Source of the DNA: Trichosphaerium sp. ATCC 40318
Lineage: Eukaryota > Protista > Tubulinea
Length of the DNA: 64,000 bases
Assembly: GCA_038496445.1 (NCBI GenBank)
Contig: JALMLS010000577.1
Location: forward strand, 496,001 to 560,000
Direction: 5' to 3'
In this document: positions 44,690 to 58,900 of the stretch, piece by piece
Position numbering within the stretch: the stretch's first letter is position 1
Layout of the letters: the number at the start of each line of letters is the position of its first letter
Notes under the pieces: model-generated
Told to the model about the DNA's origin: nothing
Seen by the model: only the letters and a program-made list of their open reading frames with translations
The model's database searches: none
Made by a program: the position numbers and the translations under genes

Positions 44690-46884
44690 TTAGTTGATTA
44701 ATGAGATCACAGCAATAAAAATCATTAGTGTTGGTATTATAACACCCGTTGTGCTGCTCACTGAATTCTCCTTAACAGTTGCTTGACTATTATCAGCCGG
44801 AGTAGTTGCAAAAAACGTTGGGGCGTCAGGTGCTTTTGTTGGGTTCGATGTCGGTTGCTGGGTATTGGAATTTGGTTCTTTAGCTTCAGTTGTTGGCGCC
44901 TCTGTTCTCGAGTCGGTTGTTGGACTACTTCCTTCCGTTGGTTGAACAGTTGTAGGTGACATAGGTTGTACTGTTGGTGCTTCAGTAGTTGCCGTGGTTG
45001 GGCTAGCAGTAGGGCGCATTGTAGGCATAGGTGTTGGTTCCATAGTAGTAGGTGCAGGAGTTGTTGGCGGCATTGTTGATGGTGAAGTTGTTGTTGGCGA
45101 ACTTGTCGTAGGAGGTAGCGTTGTTGGCAAACGAGTTGTTGGTGGCATTGTTGTTGGTGAGGCTGTTGTTGGCGGCATTGTTGATGGTGAAGTTGTTGTT
45201 GGTGAACGTGTCGTAGGAGGTAGCGTTGTTGGCGAAGGAGTTGTTGGCGGCATTGTTGATGGCGAGCCTGTTGTTGGCGAACTTGTCGTAGGAGGTAGAG
45301 TTGTTGGTGGGAGGGTTGTTGGCGGAAGCGTTGTTGGAGGAAGCGTTGTTGGTGGTGCTGTTGGAGGTGGAGTTGGAATATTTTCTGGACAGGTGCATTC
45401 TCTTTCTTCAGACCATCCTCCATATGGAATAACACATTTAGCATCTGCACCACTATTACAGCTAGCACTTGGACTACAAGTCTAAGAAACAATGAGTATG
45501 AAGTTACTAATTAAGAAAGAACATTTATTTTTATCTTACCGTGCCGACTTGTTTTGGAATTGCAATGCAAACATCTGATGCGTCACCTGTTTCAGCTTCT
45601 GTGTTACAGCGTGCTTCAAAGCAGTCACCGTATGTGTCGTGTACGTATGTTTCACAATCCAAGCAAGCACATACGTCTATACACAAACCAGCAACGAATT
45701 TAAAGTTCGATCCAATCGCATGACGTTCTGCATGGAAGAAATCCATAACATACACATTACCTATAAAAAAAAATGAGAAAAAGTGTCCGCCGTTAGGTTT
45801 TCGAACAAATACATACCGTCTTTAATTGGCTCTTCTCTTGATGCTCCTTTTAGAACGGGCAGACTGAGTGTATCAAGATCGACTGTTCTTTTCAAGGCAC
45901 CATGGAGACCACCCTAAGAAGGAGATTAGCGACAACATCGCAATGTTTGAAAAAACACATACCAAATCCAACACAAGTTTTCCATTCATGAATACCCAAA
46001 CGTCATCGTCTCCTTCAAATTCGAATTCTGAATTTCCAGCAGTGTACACAAAAGGTACGGTAATATGTGTAGTGAACAAATACACGTTATCTTTGTAACG
46101 ATCAGCCAACCAGTCAAAAGTTGGATCAGCTAAGCAGAAATTTAGAGTTTGTTGCCAAAAGGGTTGTTTAACTTACCAATACCGTTCAGTGGGAAATATG
46201 TTGAGTCTGTGTATTCGTATAGCTGCTCACCAATTTTATCTAATGTCAAGTCGACATTGTAAGGATCACTGTAGTCAGATTCCCTGTACCACATGTTAAA
46301 CCACTCTTCTCCATGGAAGCCACCTGGTAAACAAAGAGCTAGCAAATCGTAAGCACCAACAAGTCAAGTTCAGGAAAAAACAACAGTCGATCCTTACCTT
46401 TGTCACATTGAGCACTAGGGTTAATGATAGGATTACCGCCGTATCCACCTTTGCCTGGATCTTCTGTGATTGCCACTCTTGTGGTGTTAAGCACTTGAAA
46501 GGTGTCAGTTTTGTTTGGGTTTTTTGACAACGAACCTGGAAGGTATGTTTGTGTTGGTCCATCTAAAGCGAGGTAATTTTCTACTATACCAGTGTAGTGA
46601 CCCTTACAGCATCTAGAGAAAAGTATAAGTAATTGCAGACGGTTCCCAAAAAAGGAAAAAAACTGTTCGTACTGAAAGTCAGGGTGGATATGTGTGCTGT
46701 CGTATCCAGCAGGATAAAAGTTTCGTGTTTTGGCGTTTATGGTAATGGTAGCTTGAGAGTATACTAAACACAATAAAATTAGCATTTTGTTGGTGGCATT
46801 AAGGTAGTAATGAAAGAGAAAAAGGAACGTGCCTTGTTGAATAAGAAAGAGTAATGTCAAAGCGAGAATAGTAGTTTGTGTCAT
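44690..46884 (-). CDS. Secreted Fibro-slime/PA14-domain protein (Psi-like) with Cys-rich module, mucin-like stalk and GPI-type tail
   Basis: Signal peptide; HPDFQ, WFNMWY, YFPLNG, FTTHI and [23 protein letters not shown]; TP-rich repeats; hydrophobic C-end. Confidence 0.9.
45040..45372 (-). repeat. Coding 15/30-bp tandem repeats encoding a mucin-like PTT(S/M/L)P stalk
   Basis: Repeated gttgttggcggcattgttgatggtgaagttgttgttgg blocks. Confidence 0.9.
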
Positions 46885-47510
46885 TTTTTTCAGATTGTTT
46901 TTATCACAGTGTTATTCTTGTTGCTTTTGGTAGTTGTTATGAGGTGTTGCGCAGTGTAAGTGCTTTGTTTAATTTTGAATAATGCCAGTATTTACATTAA
47001 ATTATGGCGAAGTAATTACGCTATAGTTAATGTATTGTAACCGAAAAAAGGTCACATAAAAGTAATAGCTTTTGTTAGGCTCGTTGAGTGTGGCACCAGA
47101 TCTCAAGAAAATACAAACAAGACGTCCTTTTATCGTGAACAAAAAAACAATAAGTAGTTCATGTGCTCACACCGCTACTTCTTTTCGTTATCTCGAAAGA
47201 AAATACAAAGCAATTAACAAGATGCGGAGTTTGGAACTGAATTTCTAATATTAGAAAAAACCTGATAGGTTTCGAAAATCTTTTTATGATACAGCGTAGT
47301 TGAATAGTCCCTCCGTTATAGAAAGTTTAATTTGATAGGATGGTGTTAAACCAAAGAAAGAAAGAATGAAGACATTTTTTTCATTAAAACAGTTAACCAA
47401 AAAAAAAATTCCAATATTAGTTCATTGACGACTCTTGCGTAACAAGTCATCATGAAAACAGTGTATTGTGCTAGTCCCATTGTACGTTTTGTTTTTTCGT
47501 TAATTCAATA

Positions 47511-49577
47511 TTAAACAGGAATGTATGACACGTGCAAACACTACCAAAAAACAAACAAAGCAAAGGTAAAAAGTTCTATTTTAGTATGATACAGTAAGAA
47601 GATACAGAAAAAGCAATAAAATGTGAATACTTAGCGTTGAGGGAATGTTTTACAATGTACTATAAGGATTGAATGAAATATGTCCAGGTGAATTCTCCAA
47701 GTTTTGTAGAGAAACATAGTACTTACTACGATGGAAACAATGATGTTAGCTCAAGCAAAGCCATAACGTCATCAAATTCAATGTTATGTATGTACGGTAA
47801 CTCATCTCTCTCTATGAACGCTATAAAGTATTGTACGACTTCTCTGGAATATGGGAGTGATCTAAAAGATAGGAGATGAGGGCAACGATGTGAAACAAGA
47901 ACTCTATTTGCAGTCACTTGTCCAGCTAAAGATGAAACTTGAAAAGTTTCTGTATCTTGTCGAAGAGAATCCAAATCACGCAAATAGTAATCTAAACCAA
48001 AGGTTTAGCGACAAAGGGTTTGTGGAGGAACGAGCATATTGCATTCTCTTCATTGTACCTTTCAAATCTAGTTTCCAAATATCGTTCAGCTGAGAACCAG
48101 ACGAGCCAGCTATAAGCCATATAGTATCTTCTAAACATTCAATGCGACATCCGGTTCTTGGGAGAGGTAATGACCCTTTAGGTATTATCCTTGTCCATGT
48201 GTTAAACTCTATTCACACTATTAGTCAAGAGAATACGCTAGAAACAATAGAACTGTGATATCACAGTTGCAAGTTTTTTCTTTGTCTTCTTTGTAAAAGA
48301 AACGTACGTATATCAAAGCAATAAAGGTCATTAGAACGACAGGTTTGAGTGTGACCGCCGAAATAATAAATCTTATTCTTGTGTAAAAAATCAACATGGC
48401 CTTCTCTTCTAGATGGAGGCTCACCAATCGCATGGATTTGTGACCATCGAAAGGTTTCTGTTTAAACACCAGATTAAAATTACAACTTTGCAAAAACAAA
48501 GAGAACGGGTTCACATAACACGTGCCTGTATCAAACACCCACATAACCGGTTTTGGTTTGAGATCACTCCCACCATTATTACCTCCCCATACATAGATTT
48601 TTTTACCAACTGTAGTTGCACTGATAGAAATACAAGTGTTAGTACTATCAACTGTAAAAAAAATAACTTTACTCACGTGTGGCAGTATCGAGTTTCAGGA
48701 ACAGGTCCGGACAGCACGAGAGGACACCATTCTTCTCTATCTACAGAATAAGGTGAATATCTATCCATTTATTTATTCTGTGTACCTAGGTCGTACGTGA
48801 TAATATCATTTCGATACCTGCAACAGAAAGAGAATTATTATTAATTTTTTTCGTAGTAAGAAGGTGGTTTTACCTGCCATCACCCCATCCTCCAAAGAAA
48901 TAAATCTTTCTACCTATAAGGTTGGCAGTATGCCCGAACCTTCCTTTGGGCGCTGAAGCACATAAAGCTCTCCAATGAAAACTACAAGTCTTTCTATCTA
49001 CGCAATAGAATAAACACCCGACATAAGAAAGAAAAGAAAACCCAAAGATTGTGTAGCGTACTATGTTTAATCTCAAGCATATAAGGAATACTAAACTGTC
49101 TCATACGATTATAGTCCCCACCAAACATAAACATTTGATTTTCGCTTATTTTTGTCAAAGTATGTCCATAACGCCTTGCGTACACGTGAGATTTATAAAA
49201 CAATCTACAAGAGTAGTAATAAGACCGTACTGATAAGGAATTGAACCGGAGCATTCAGTTGGCGTTATCGTTAGTGCTTGAGCATCAAATAACCAAGTAT
49301 CCCTTTTTGTTTAAACACAGTTAGATTAAAAGTCATTACAATGTCATAGTATAGTTGTCACTTACTTCCAGTATGCAGTTTCGCTGTCTGTTTTGCGAGA
49401 ACCACCAAAAATAATTATTTGTCGGCTGTTAAGTGCTGTGGTGGCATGGTAATAACGGTGCGTGAAATCGGACTCTATGGGCGTATACTGCCAGAATCCT
49501 TCATGTGTTTCCAACGATTGTGTCGAATTACATTTTGTTTTACCCAATAAAGGTTCTGAAGCTTCTCCCCCGAGCAT
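47511..49577 (-). CDS. Kelch-repeat + BTB-like protein (multi-exon; 3' end approximate)
   Basis: RYYHATT...IIIFGG, RYGHTLT...MFMFGG, GRFGHTANLIGRKIYFFGG, KIYVWGG; BTB-like VTANRVLVSHRCPHL. Confidence 0.85.
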
Positions 49578-49778
49578 ATGATGACTACTGGATATTGAAG
49601 TTGTTGTAGTTCCCAGTTTTGTTTAAATTTCACCGGGTAGGTGCTAATGAACCATCAAACGCCCAAATCCGATAACTACCAACACCTCCTGTATTAACAG
49701 TGCGTACTACAACTGCTTGGCTTAATTATTAAAAAAATTCTGACACAACTTTCCGAGTGAGGGTTATTGTCTTTATTC

Positions 49779-51079
49779 TTACATGCCAAGAGGGAAAGTC
49801 TTCAAACCTCTGTATTCCACTTCACTCACTGCACGTTTAAGCACTGTATCAATCTCTTTTTTTGTAAATTTATACTTGCTGGGCCTACGCGTACATAGCA
49901 AGAGTACACGCGCAATAATCAGTAACCCACACAGAGAAACAAATATCTTATCAATAACCAAGGTGTCTGCCAACACCGGAACCAAAAGAAACGTTAACGG
50001 CAACAAAAGTTCTAATCCTGGACCAAAGGGAGACGGGCAACGCTGAAGAAGAGCCCAGAAGAATATGAACATCTGTTGAGTAGTTAGTTCCTATTCCATT
50101 CCATAATAATTAAGCGTACCAAAGTTGGGACTCCCTCCCATAGTACAAAGTGATTATACTGCCCAGCTGCCAAAAGACGTGATGATAGGTAAGTAATATT
50201 TGCAATATCATTTGAAACTTGCTTATGTAATGAACTGCATGCATGTTACTTTCATAATACATAGAGTATAAACGTACGTTATGTTCTACAAAAATTAGTT
50301 AATAAAAATCAACAAAGGAGGTGAGAAAAGCGCGTACATTTAATTGCTCCAAAAATGCTTTATTGGCTTTCTCATACTTTGCCAATAGCCTCTTATTTCC
50401 ACTCATCACGCGTTTGAGTGTATTGGTGCGTGTCCCTTCTCTCTAAGTAGAGTGTTAAAGAGCAGTAAACGTTGCATTGGTCGTACTTGCACGTGTGCTT
50501 CTAAAGCTCGTAAATGACTTTGTTGGAACTGTAAATGTTTTTCTGACTCTGCGTTTACATTAGCGTGGTATGTGCACCTTGTAGCGTGTCAGTCAAAAAT
50601 AGTTGAACGATTAATACCTCCTGACATGATAAAGTGCGCTAATAGGCAGTGAGTATGATAACGAAATGTATTCTTGTACCTGACAAAGTCTAACAGTTGC
50701 TTGCTATTCAATGTTGCAACACAACGGTTCAATTCGCTAGTTTTGCTTATATTGAACTTGTGACAGAATGTCAAGTGTTTTTCGTTCGTTAAATGGGCGT
50801 ATGATGTATTTACAATGTGTAACGCGATAAAGTAGCCTCGTTCCTAAACAGCATAACAAAAATAAGCATACGCACAAGCTTACGCGTTTCCCATACCTGT
50901 GCTTGGCTTCCCATATTGAATGAAAGTGCTTCTTCAATATCTATCCCACCCAACTCCTGTGCCACTTCAAAACGCCGGCGTATCTCCTGTGGAAGATCGC
51001 GCAGTATGTTTGCGAGTTTTGTAGATACACATGTAGTGCTTGCCACGAATAGAACTAGTATTAACACACAGACGCGCAT
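49779..51079 (-). CDS. Signal-peptide protein with Cys motif, coiled-coil region and about 3 C-terminal TM helices (possible GEX1/KAR5/Brambleberry-like); 3' end approximate
   Basis: Starts MRVCVLILVLFVASTTCVS; spliced segment IALHIVN...C...RCVATL...YHVRRC; TM region MFIFFWALL...LLLPLTFLLVPVL...IFVSLCGLLII. Confidence 0.55.
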
Positions 51080-51296
51080 ATCATGCGTAGGTTGTAGGAT
51101 GTTTGAATTAGTAGTTTAGGCATAGTATCAATCATTGGTCTTCAGTATTTGATTGAAATAAATGCGGGATTGCACTCTCTGTGCTTTCTTTGGTAAGTTA
51201 GCTTATTGAGTAGAGCTAAGGCCTTTTTTAATCTAATACTATAATTTAAGCCAAGTTGAACCGAAGACAAACAGTTGTAATAACTCACTCTGTGCC

Positions 51297-53091
51297 ATGT
51301 CAAAGGTATGTAAATGCTAATAACTTGTTCGATGCGCGGAACACTAACTTTGGTATAGGTATCTACAAGCGACCTACAGCCTGCAGATCATGATGGCTGG
51401 TTAACGAAGCAAGGTGGGCAAATCAAAACATGGAGGAAACGTTGGTTCATACTGAAAGACACAAAACTCTATTACTTTAAATCTAAGAAGGTGTGTATAA
51501 CATCATAGCGTACTTTAGTTGCATAAGGTGAAGCACACAGTGCTTATTTCCTACGATCGCGATACATTTTCAATTACTGTTCGTCTACAATTCTAATTGG
51601 CGCGTAGGAGTCAGATTGCGCGGGCGTTATTAATATAACAGCAACCACCTTCATTAGACCAGAGCCACGGAAAAAAAACACCAAGAATTGCTTCTCAATT
51701 GAAGCGGAGAATAGAACCTATTTTATGTTTCCTGAACAAGAGCCTGAGGGAAAGAAATGGCAGGAAGTACTTACTGCTCGCATAGAAAGTCTTAAACAAA
51801 AGAAAAACGGTGGAGGTGGTGTCTCAAACGGTACAGTGACTACAGGAAACGATTACGCAGAGTACGTTATCGGGTTCTTTTCGTACCAAACTTTAACGCA
51901 ACGCTATCAGTTTCAAATTAAAAGCCATCCAAACCGCTACACTAAGAGTTGCTAACCTCTTTTTTTGTAGAAAACCAAACAATACTGGCGGATACTCTAT
52001 AACAGAGCGTATAATCAGAGCCAGAAACGCAATACCATTCTTACAAGATGACACTAGCAAAGTGGTTGAGTTTTGGCAAATCTGGCAGGAAAGTCACCCT
52101 TCCAATGAGGAAATGGATAGCGACCAAATCACGTATGAAATTGCTACGTCTGCTGATATGGAAAAAGTAAACTGGCGCATACACGGACCACAAGGTTTCT
52201 TTATCCAAAAGATGGTTGATTTCTTTTGGAATGTTGGTGCTCCAGAGAGCGAAATTGACAAACTCAATGACGTTGGATCTCTCGTAAACCCATTAGTTAT
52301 TGGGTCTTGGATTGATATGTCAGCAAAGGGCGGAATGGACGGAGGATGGTTCTTCCCAGTACGTAGATATTAATTGATTTTTTTTTTCAATTGTTTTTTT
52401 TTCTTTTCTTTGTTTTACCTTATGCTTTTTAGTTCCCAGAACGCAAGATAAGTTTGGCTAGCGCTATCGCAGCTTGCGACGCTGGCGAGCCAACAAAGAA
52501 AGTCGCTGAATGGGCCCAAAAATACCAAGTTAAAACATGTTATATGGTTGGTAGAGATATGGGTGCTGCGCCACCTAGACAGACTGAAATTCGCGTTAAA
52601 ATGCCTCAAGCAAATTTTGAAGAGCAGTTAGAAGCCGTACAAGCTGCATACGAGCTATTTGAGTTTCCTTCTTTGCCTCCTGATGCCTTAGTAATAATTC
52701 GTGAAACTCCACAAGCAAACTTGTGTTTGTCACTTGTTACTTGTGCTGAAGGCTTCGTACGTTTTTATTTTAATTGACATAGCTGCCACGCACCGTTTTC
52801 TTGTATTTACGCTTTGTTTAGGTTCGTATCGGGCTCACTACACAAAAACCAAACGCTACAGCTATATCCAAGCTCTGCTCACTTTCTTCTGGTAACTTTG
52901 AGCTTATTAAATCCTTGGAGACAAGTCTGAACGTTACAAGTCCAGATTTTGTTGAATATCAATACCTCAGACGAGGTTTCGGTTACGGTGTGTACAAAGA
53001 GGTACGATTATTTTTTTTGTTCCACGCTACGATCGCTAAATGAAGTTTCTTGCAGGGATTCGACGTTGTTTTACATTACTTGATGCATTAG
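51297..53091 (+). CDS. PH-domain protein with uncharacterised C-terminal domain (multi-exon)
   Basis: [31 protein letters not shown]...RTYFM...W is a canonical phosphoinositide-binding PH signature. Confidence 0.9.
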
Positions 53092-53296
53092 ACTTGCATC
53101 AAAAGTAGAAATTTGTGCACGTAGTGCTCGTTACTGTATTGCTGTTTTTGAATAAACTCCGCGTTATTATACTCTAGTCACCTAGCCCTGCTCTCACACA
53201 ACAATTGTAATGACGCCATTGTAATTGACGACTTGCAATTGACTAATCTTGAAATTACGGGCTTTCTTTTTTATCTTTCTTCACAAGTTGCAAAGT

Positions 53297-54041
53297 ATGT
53301 CCAAGTGTTATTTCGATATCTCTATTGGTGGCGCCCCAGCTGGCCGTATCAACTTCACGGTTAGTTCTCGCGAAAAAAAAAGGGTTTTGTCTTATAGTTT
53401 GCTAGCTCTACAACGCTGATGTCCCAAAGACAACTGAGAACTTCAGAGCTCTTTGCACTGGTACGTGTTTAAAAAGCTTTTGCAATGCTCGAGTCTACAA
53501 ATATTAACTCCCTTTAAAGGTGAAAAAGGATTCGGATACGCTGGAAGCGTTTTCCACAGAGTACGTGCAGTTTTAGAAGATCACCTAAACCAATTTCTTT
53601 AAAGGTCATCCCAGACTTTATGCTCCAAGGAGGTGATTTCACCAGAGGAAACGGAACCGGTAAACATTCTACTTTGCTCTAAAACCACTAAAAAGTCGCA
53701 GGTGGCAAATCCATCTACGGTGAGAAATTCGCTGATGAGAACTTCAAGCGTAAGCACACACGTCCAGGTCTCCTCTCCATGGCCAACGCTGGTCCTAACA
53801 CCAACGGTACGCTTTTTTTTGTACTGCGATAGTAAAATTTTTTCAATTCGCTTATTTTTAACGTTTAGGATCTCAATTCTTCATCACCACCGTCAAAACC
53901 GCATGGTTAGACAACAAGCACGTTGTTTTCGGTGAGGTCGCTGAAGACTCAATGGCTCTTGTAAAGAAGATCGAGAGCTACGGTACCCAAAGCGGTAAAA
54001 CAAGATCTGAGATCAAGATCACCGCCAGTGGAGAACTTTAA
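53297..54041 (+). CDS. Cyclophilin A-type peptidyl-prolyl isomerase (about 6 exons)
   Basis: [68 protein letters not shown]. Confidence 0.97.
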
Positions 54042-54129
54042 ACCAACAAAACAAAATAAACCAACTGAACTTTGTTTCACGCGAAAATACAAGTCTTGTT
54101 AATTTAAAAAAACATTCTTTTTCCTTTAT

Positions 54130-55477
54130 TTATACAGCTTCGTCATCGGCTCTTGGTTCAATCCTCGGCTCAGGTTGGCTGTAAAGTACAACTGCACCAA
54201 CAACGAGAACGCTACCCATCACGAATTGCATAGTAATGCCAAAGTCGAAAAAGTAGATTGACACAAGACTAGAGATAACAATGGAAATTGCAAGTGCAAA
54301 TCCCTTTAGGATGTTATCAGCGTATTTTACCACTGTTGCTATAATGAGTCCTCCAGCAGCTTGAATGATGACAACGAGCACTACCAGTGGTGTGTACCCG
54401 ACGAAGAATCCTTCTGATGTTAACCTTTCCGAATCTCGGATCAGTGTAATGACTCCAGAAAAAGCCATACCGAAAAGTCCAAGTTGTATGTTTCTATCCC
54501 ATAGCGTAGCTGAGGTACCTTTTAGTACCCACTCAAAGTAAACACCAGCAAAACCGGATGTTACACATGAGATTAAGACAGCTACAAGTGCTACATATGG
54601 TCTGACGTTCTCTTTTTTCTCTCCACTCGGTTGTTGAATTGATAATTGTACCATACAGAATCCGAAGAATAAAAGAATAAGTGCTCCCCATTTTCTTAGC
54701 GATATTTTACGTTGTAGTATGAACACTGAAAAGAGCGCAGTAGTGAACACTTTGAGCTGGTATATTACTTGATATGGAGCAGGTTCTAGGTTCGCAAGAG
54801 CAAAGTAAAGCAAGTTATTTTGTACAGCGTATAATCCAGCAGGTACAGCCATTTTAAGAGCGTCCATTGAGAAAATGATGTTTTTAATCACAGTAAAGTA
54901 AGAAGGTCCTCTAAGTGGTGTATTTGGATCATAGTGGTCTACACCTACTATGACACAGCATATAAGGACCTTCAGGATCTATACAAAGACTAGGTCAATC
55001 ATAACGGCGACTATGGGCAAAAGTTTTTTTTTGGCAGTTTGGGTTGTTTTAGTATGAAAAAGCGGTTTAGGAAGTATGATTGTGTCACATACTTCGCTAA
55101 GAATGACTGCTGTTGAAGCAAGGTATTTAGGTCCTGGACGCGTCATTGTGTAGCGCATGAGAAGCACTAGTGTGGTAGTTTGAAGTACTAAAGCGCCAAG
55201 CGCCAAGTATTTTAATCGGTTTCGGCCTAAACAGTGCGTATGAGTTTGCGTAGTATGTGTAAGGTAAAGGAAAGGCCGTGATGTAACGAGAAAAATTGTA
55301 TAGGCTTGAAAATTACTTGTTATACGCGTATTGACACATAGTTCAATAGTGTTTGCGTATAGCACTAAAAAAATACTCTTTTGCAATAAAAAATGTCTCT
55401 ACGTGGCATGTTAACTACAAACTGTTGCAGTACGCCATTAAACAACGCTATTTAGTACCTCCTGGTTGTCCCATCAT
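54130..55477 (-). CDS. Nucleotide-sugar transporter, SLC35A (UDP-Gal/UDP-GlcNAc/CMP-Sia) family
   Basis: [68 protein letters not shown]. Confidence 0.93.
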
Positions 55478-55907
55478 TTTAAGATAAAGGGTGTGATGGT
55501 ATGACTTTGAGTGGCGCGTGCAGGTGCTATGCAACCAAGATCTATGTGTACAATCTTGAATGTTCGGGACCTGTTCTAATGGGAGAGAAAGGTTGAAAAC
55601 TAGTTTAGGTTTTAGGTTCTGGTTCGATTTTACCCTAACAACGTCACTCATTGTAACAGTCCGCACGTTTTGCTACAGAAATGGACCGTATAACCACGTG
55701 CAAGCTTTCTTTTTTTGACACATACTAATGTACGATTCAGACACGTGTCTATTGACAAGCTGTGACTAAACTGAACTATCTGGTAGTAGCTGCGCTAGGA
55801 GACAATATTGTAGAGTGATTTACTTGCAAGTGTGACGTCAGATGCTGAACGACTAGCGTAATTTTCAGCGAAACTTATTCTTGAGCTACTTATCACTTGA
55901 TTGCACC

Positions 55908-58900
55908 ATGTCTGGTTCATTGGAAGACTTGCGGGTTCTCGAAGAGCTGTTTACTTGTGGTATTATACAGCCTGAAGAGTATTCACGGAGGAAGGCGCTC
56001 TTAGAAGCTGAAAGTAAGATAAGGTGGTGTAAAATATATTGTTTAACGCTGTTGTATAGCTAGTACATTGTTTAGGTCCAGCTCTACGTCTATTTTTGAC
56101 AACGGTTTCCAACCGGCTTACAACGAGCCTGAGTTAGATTTATCAGCGTTCTCAGGTGCGAGTTAGACTCTACGTTGTTTTTTGTATGGATACTTACAAC
56201 TATCAAGCTGGTGGTACCAGACCAGCTGCAGGCTTTGAGGACTATGGAGTGCCTACAACAAGTTCGTTTGACACGAACAGTACGTTTTTTTTTGCCAAAG
56301 TTAACGTTTCTTTCATTACGCGTCTGTTTTACGGCGTCTTAGCGACGAAGCAGCTTGGGCAAGTAATAAATACTCATGATTTGTAGCTGGCTTCAATTTT
56401 CCAGCAGCAACTCCTGAGAGCATGTCTGAGGATAATACATACACCATTAAACCGCCGTTAAAAGTTTTGCAAGGTTTGCCAAAACTCCTTTCCTTTTGCA
56501 GGACTCGTTATTGACCTCATACTCAAGGCAAGGTAAAGAAAAACCAACGTGGAAGAAAAATACGTTTATTTGTGAGCTCAACGTTTCGGTACGCCTTCTT
56601 TTTGTGTTTTTAGCCTAAAACTCGTTCAATGAAACGTTTTAACATGTGTTTGTACGTAGTGATATGCAAAAAGAACGTGATCTACTTATGAAAAAAGTTG
56701 TCCCAGAACTAAAGAAAACGGCAGCGTCAAGAGGTGTTGATTTGGTAGCAGTTGGTAACTGAAATTCGTCTTTTTTCCGAACTTAACAATATTCAAACAG
56801 ATTTCCGTTGGGGTATCACAGCAGAGCAGACTGCCAAAGGAAAAACATTGTCTTTGTGTTTTAAAGGTTCGTGTAATATTTAATCTATGCTTAGTATATG
56901 GATACTTAAATATTACGCAGAGATTGATAAATGTCGACCTTACTTTATTGGTATGATTGGTGAGAGGTATGTTTTTTTTGTACCGTTCAACTTTACCAAC
57001 CCTTACTCATTTTTTTCTTAGATATGGATGGGCTAATATAGGTATGTGTTATATTATACAAGCTACATGCAAGTGAGTTGACTTGTTTGGTCAGATGGAA
57101 TTAAAGATAAAGGTTTTGTTGCAACAATAAAAAAAGCTGCTGATACATTTCCGTGGGTAACATCGTACAAGGACAGGTACGCCCCTGATGATTTCTACTA
57201 GCAATATAGTGATAATCTTATTTTGGATAAAGGAGTGTAACTGAATTGGAGATGTTATATGGCGCTCTTTTCTATCCAGAGCTCGCATCGTCTCATAGCT
57301 TTTTTTATCTCCGAGATAAATCTTATGTTGACAGCATTCCTCAGCAAAAACGGTCTGATTATTTACCTGTCAGCGAAGCCAGGCGTCAAAAGGTACTCAA
57401 TTATATCTAACAATAGATCTAAATGGTATTTAATAAGGTGGAATCCTTAAAATTGCGGATTAAAGACTCAAAACTTCCAATGCACGAAAACTATAAAAAT
57501 CCTCAAGAATTTGCGCTTCTTGTACTAGCTGATATGAAGTCAGCTATTGAACGGTATGTATTGTATTATTACGGTTTAATCCAACTCATCTATATGCAGT
57601 GACTTTCCAATCAATGATAGTGCGCTTAATCCCCTAGAATACGAAAACCGAGCCATAACAGACTTTGCTCAAAGACGCGCTAAAGTTTATATTGGTATGT
57701 CATTTTCTTTGCTTTAAATTCGGATCATTTTTAACGACTTCCAAGGACGTAACGAGTATCAATATGTATTAAAGACACATATAGAGGGACGTACTACTGT
57801 TCCTCTTATTGTCACTGGTGATAAAGGTGCTGGTACGTAAAAATAAGCAATAACTTTTTACAAATATTAATTTTATTTTTTTCAAGGTAAAACTTCATTT
57901 GTTGGAAATTGGTTGAGTATGTATGGTGATAGTGATCCAGTCATTGTAAATTTTATTGGCCTCACTACTACAGATATACGTACCATAATCCGACGTGTTC
58001 TTGGTACAGAAAACCCTTGAATGCCTTTAAAGTAGTAACGTCCTAAAAGGTGAACTTAAACGCATGTTTAAGCTCTCAAAAGAGTTTCCAACAGACTCAG
58101 ATGAAATATTCCACTCTCTGTCAGAATGGTTGACAGTTGCTGCACAACAAACAAAGCGTAGAATTGTATGTCGTAACAAATATTTTGTTTGTAACCTTCT
58201 TGTACATCAACTTAACTATTCCCAAGGTCCTTGTTTTTGATGGATTGGATGCCTTGCCTGATGATCACTTGACTTGGCTTCCTGCTGTTTTCCCACCAGA
58301 AGGTAATATCCCGTGAGTCACGTGATATTAATTTTTTCGTAGTTCGTGTTATACTAACAGTTGCAACTGGATCTTGTGCGAATGCTTTCGAGAAGAACAA
58401 GTGGAACAACTTTTTAGAAATCCAACCTCTTGAGGATGCTGAAAAGCGTAAACTTATTAGAAGGTTTTTAAAACATTACAGTAAAAGACTTGGTGAAGAA
58501 CAAATGTATAGCTTGGCTCATTGTGAACAAGCAAGGTAGGCATTAAATAATTTGTAAAAAAACGATACTAAGCATACTCAACTTAACTTCTTTCTTAGTA
58601 ACCCACTCTTCTTACGTATGACACTTGAAATGATTCGTGTCTATGGTGATTTCGATCATTTGTCCTCTTACTTGGCAAAGTTCCTTCAGTGTAGAGATAT
58701 CCCTAGCTTATTTGACGTAAGGAAACGCAAACATCACATTCCTTTTTCGATCTTCTTACTTTTGTTTGTAGCGTATTTTGGAGCAATGGGAGCAGGATTT
58801 CCCAAAACCTAACAACTTCATAAAAGATGTAATGAGCTTCATCTATTTGGGTAGAAATGGTATTATGGAATCAGAACTCGTTGCTGTAGCTAATGTCAAC

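Noticed and set aside
44758-45492. Gln-rich, Asn-rich and Val/Gly-rich ORFs overlapping the mucin repeat
   Set aside because: These are alternative-frame and antisense shadows of the PTT repeat exon.
52354-52439. TTCCCAG repeated at both ends of a PH-gene intron, as an Introner-type target duplication
   Set aside because: A single instance, with no terminal inverted repeats and no similar introns elsewhere in the window.
55600-55640. Telomere-like or telomerase-template sequence (tttaggttttagg, accctaac)
   Set aside because: Too short and imperfect; expected by chance in AT-rich DNA.
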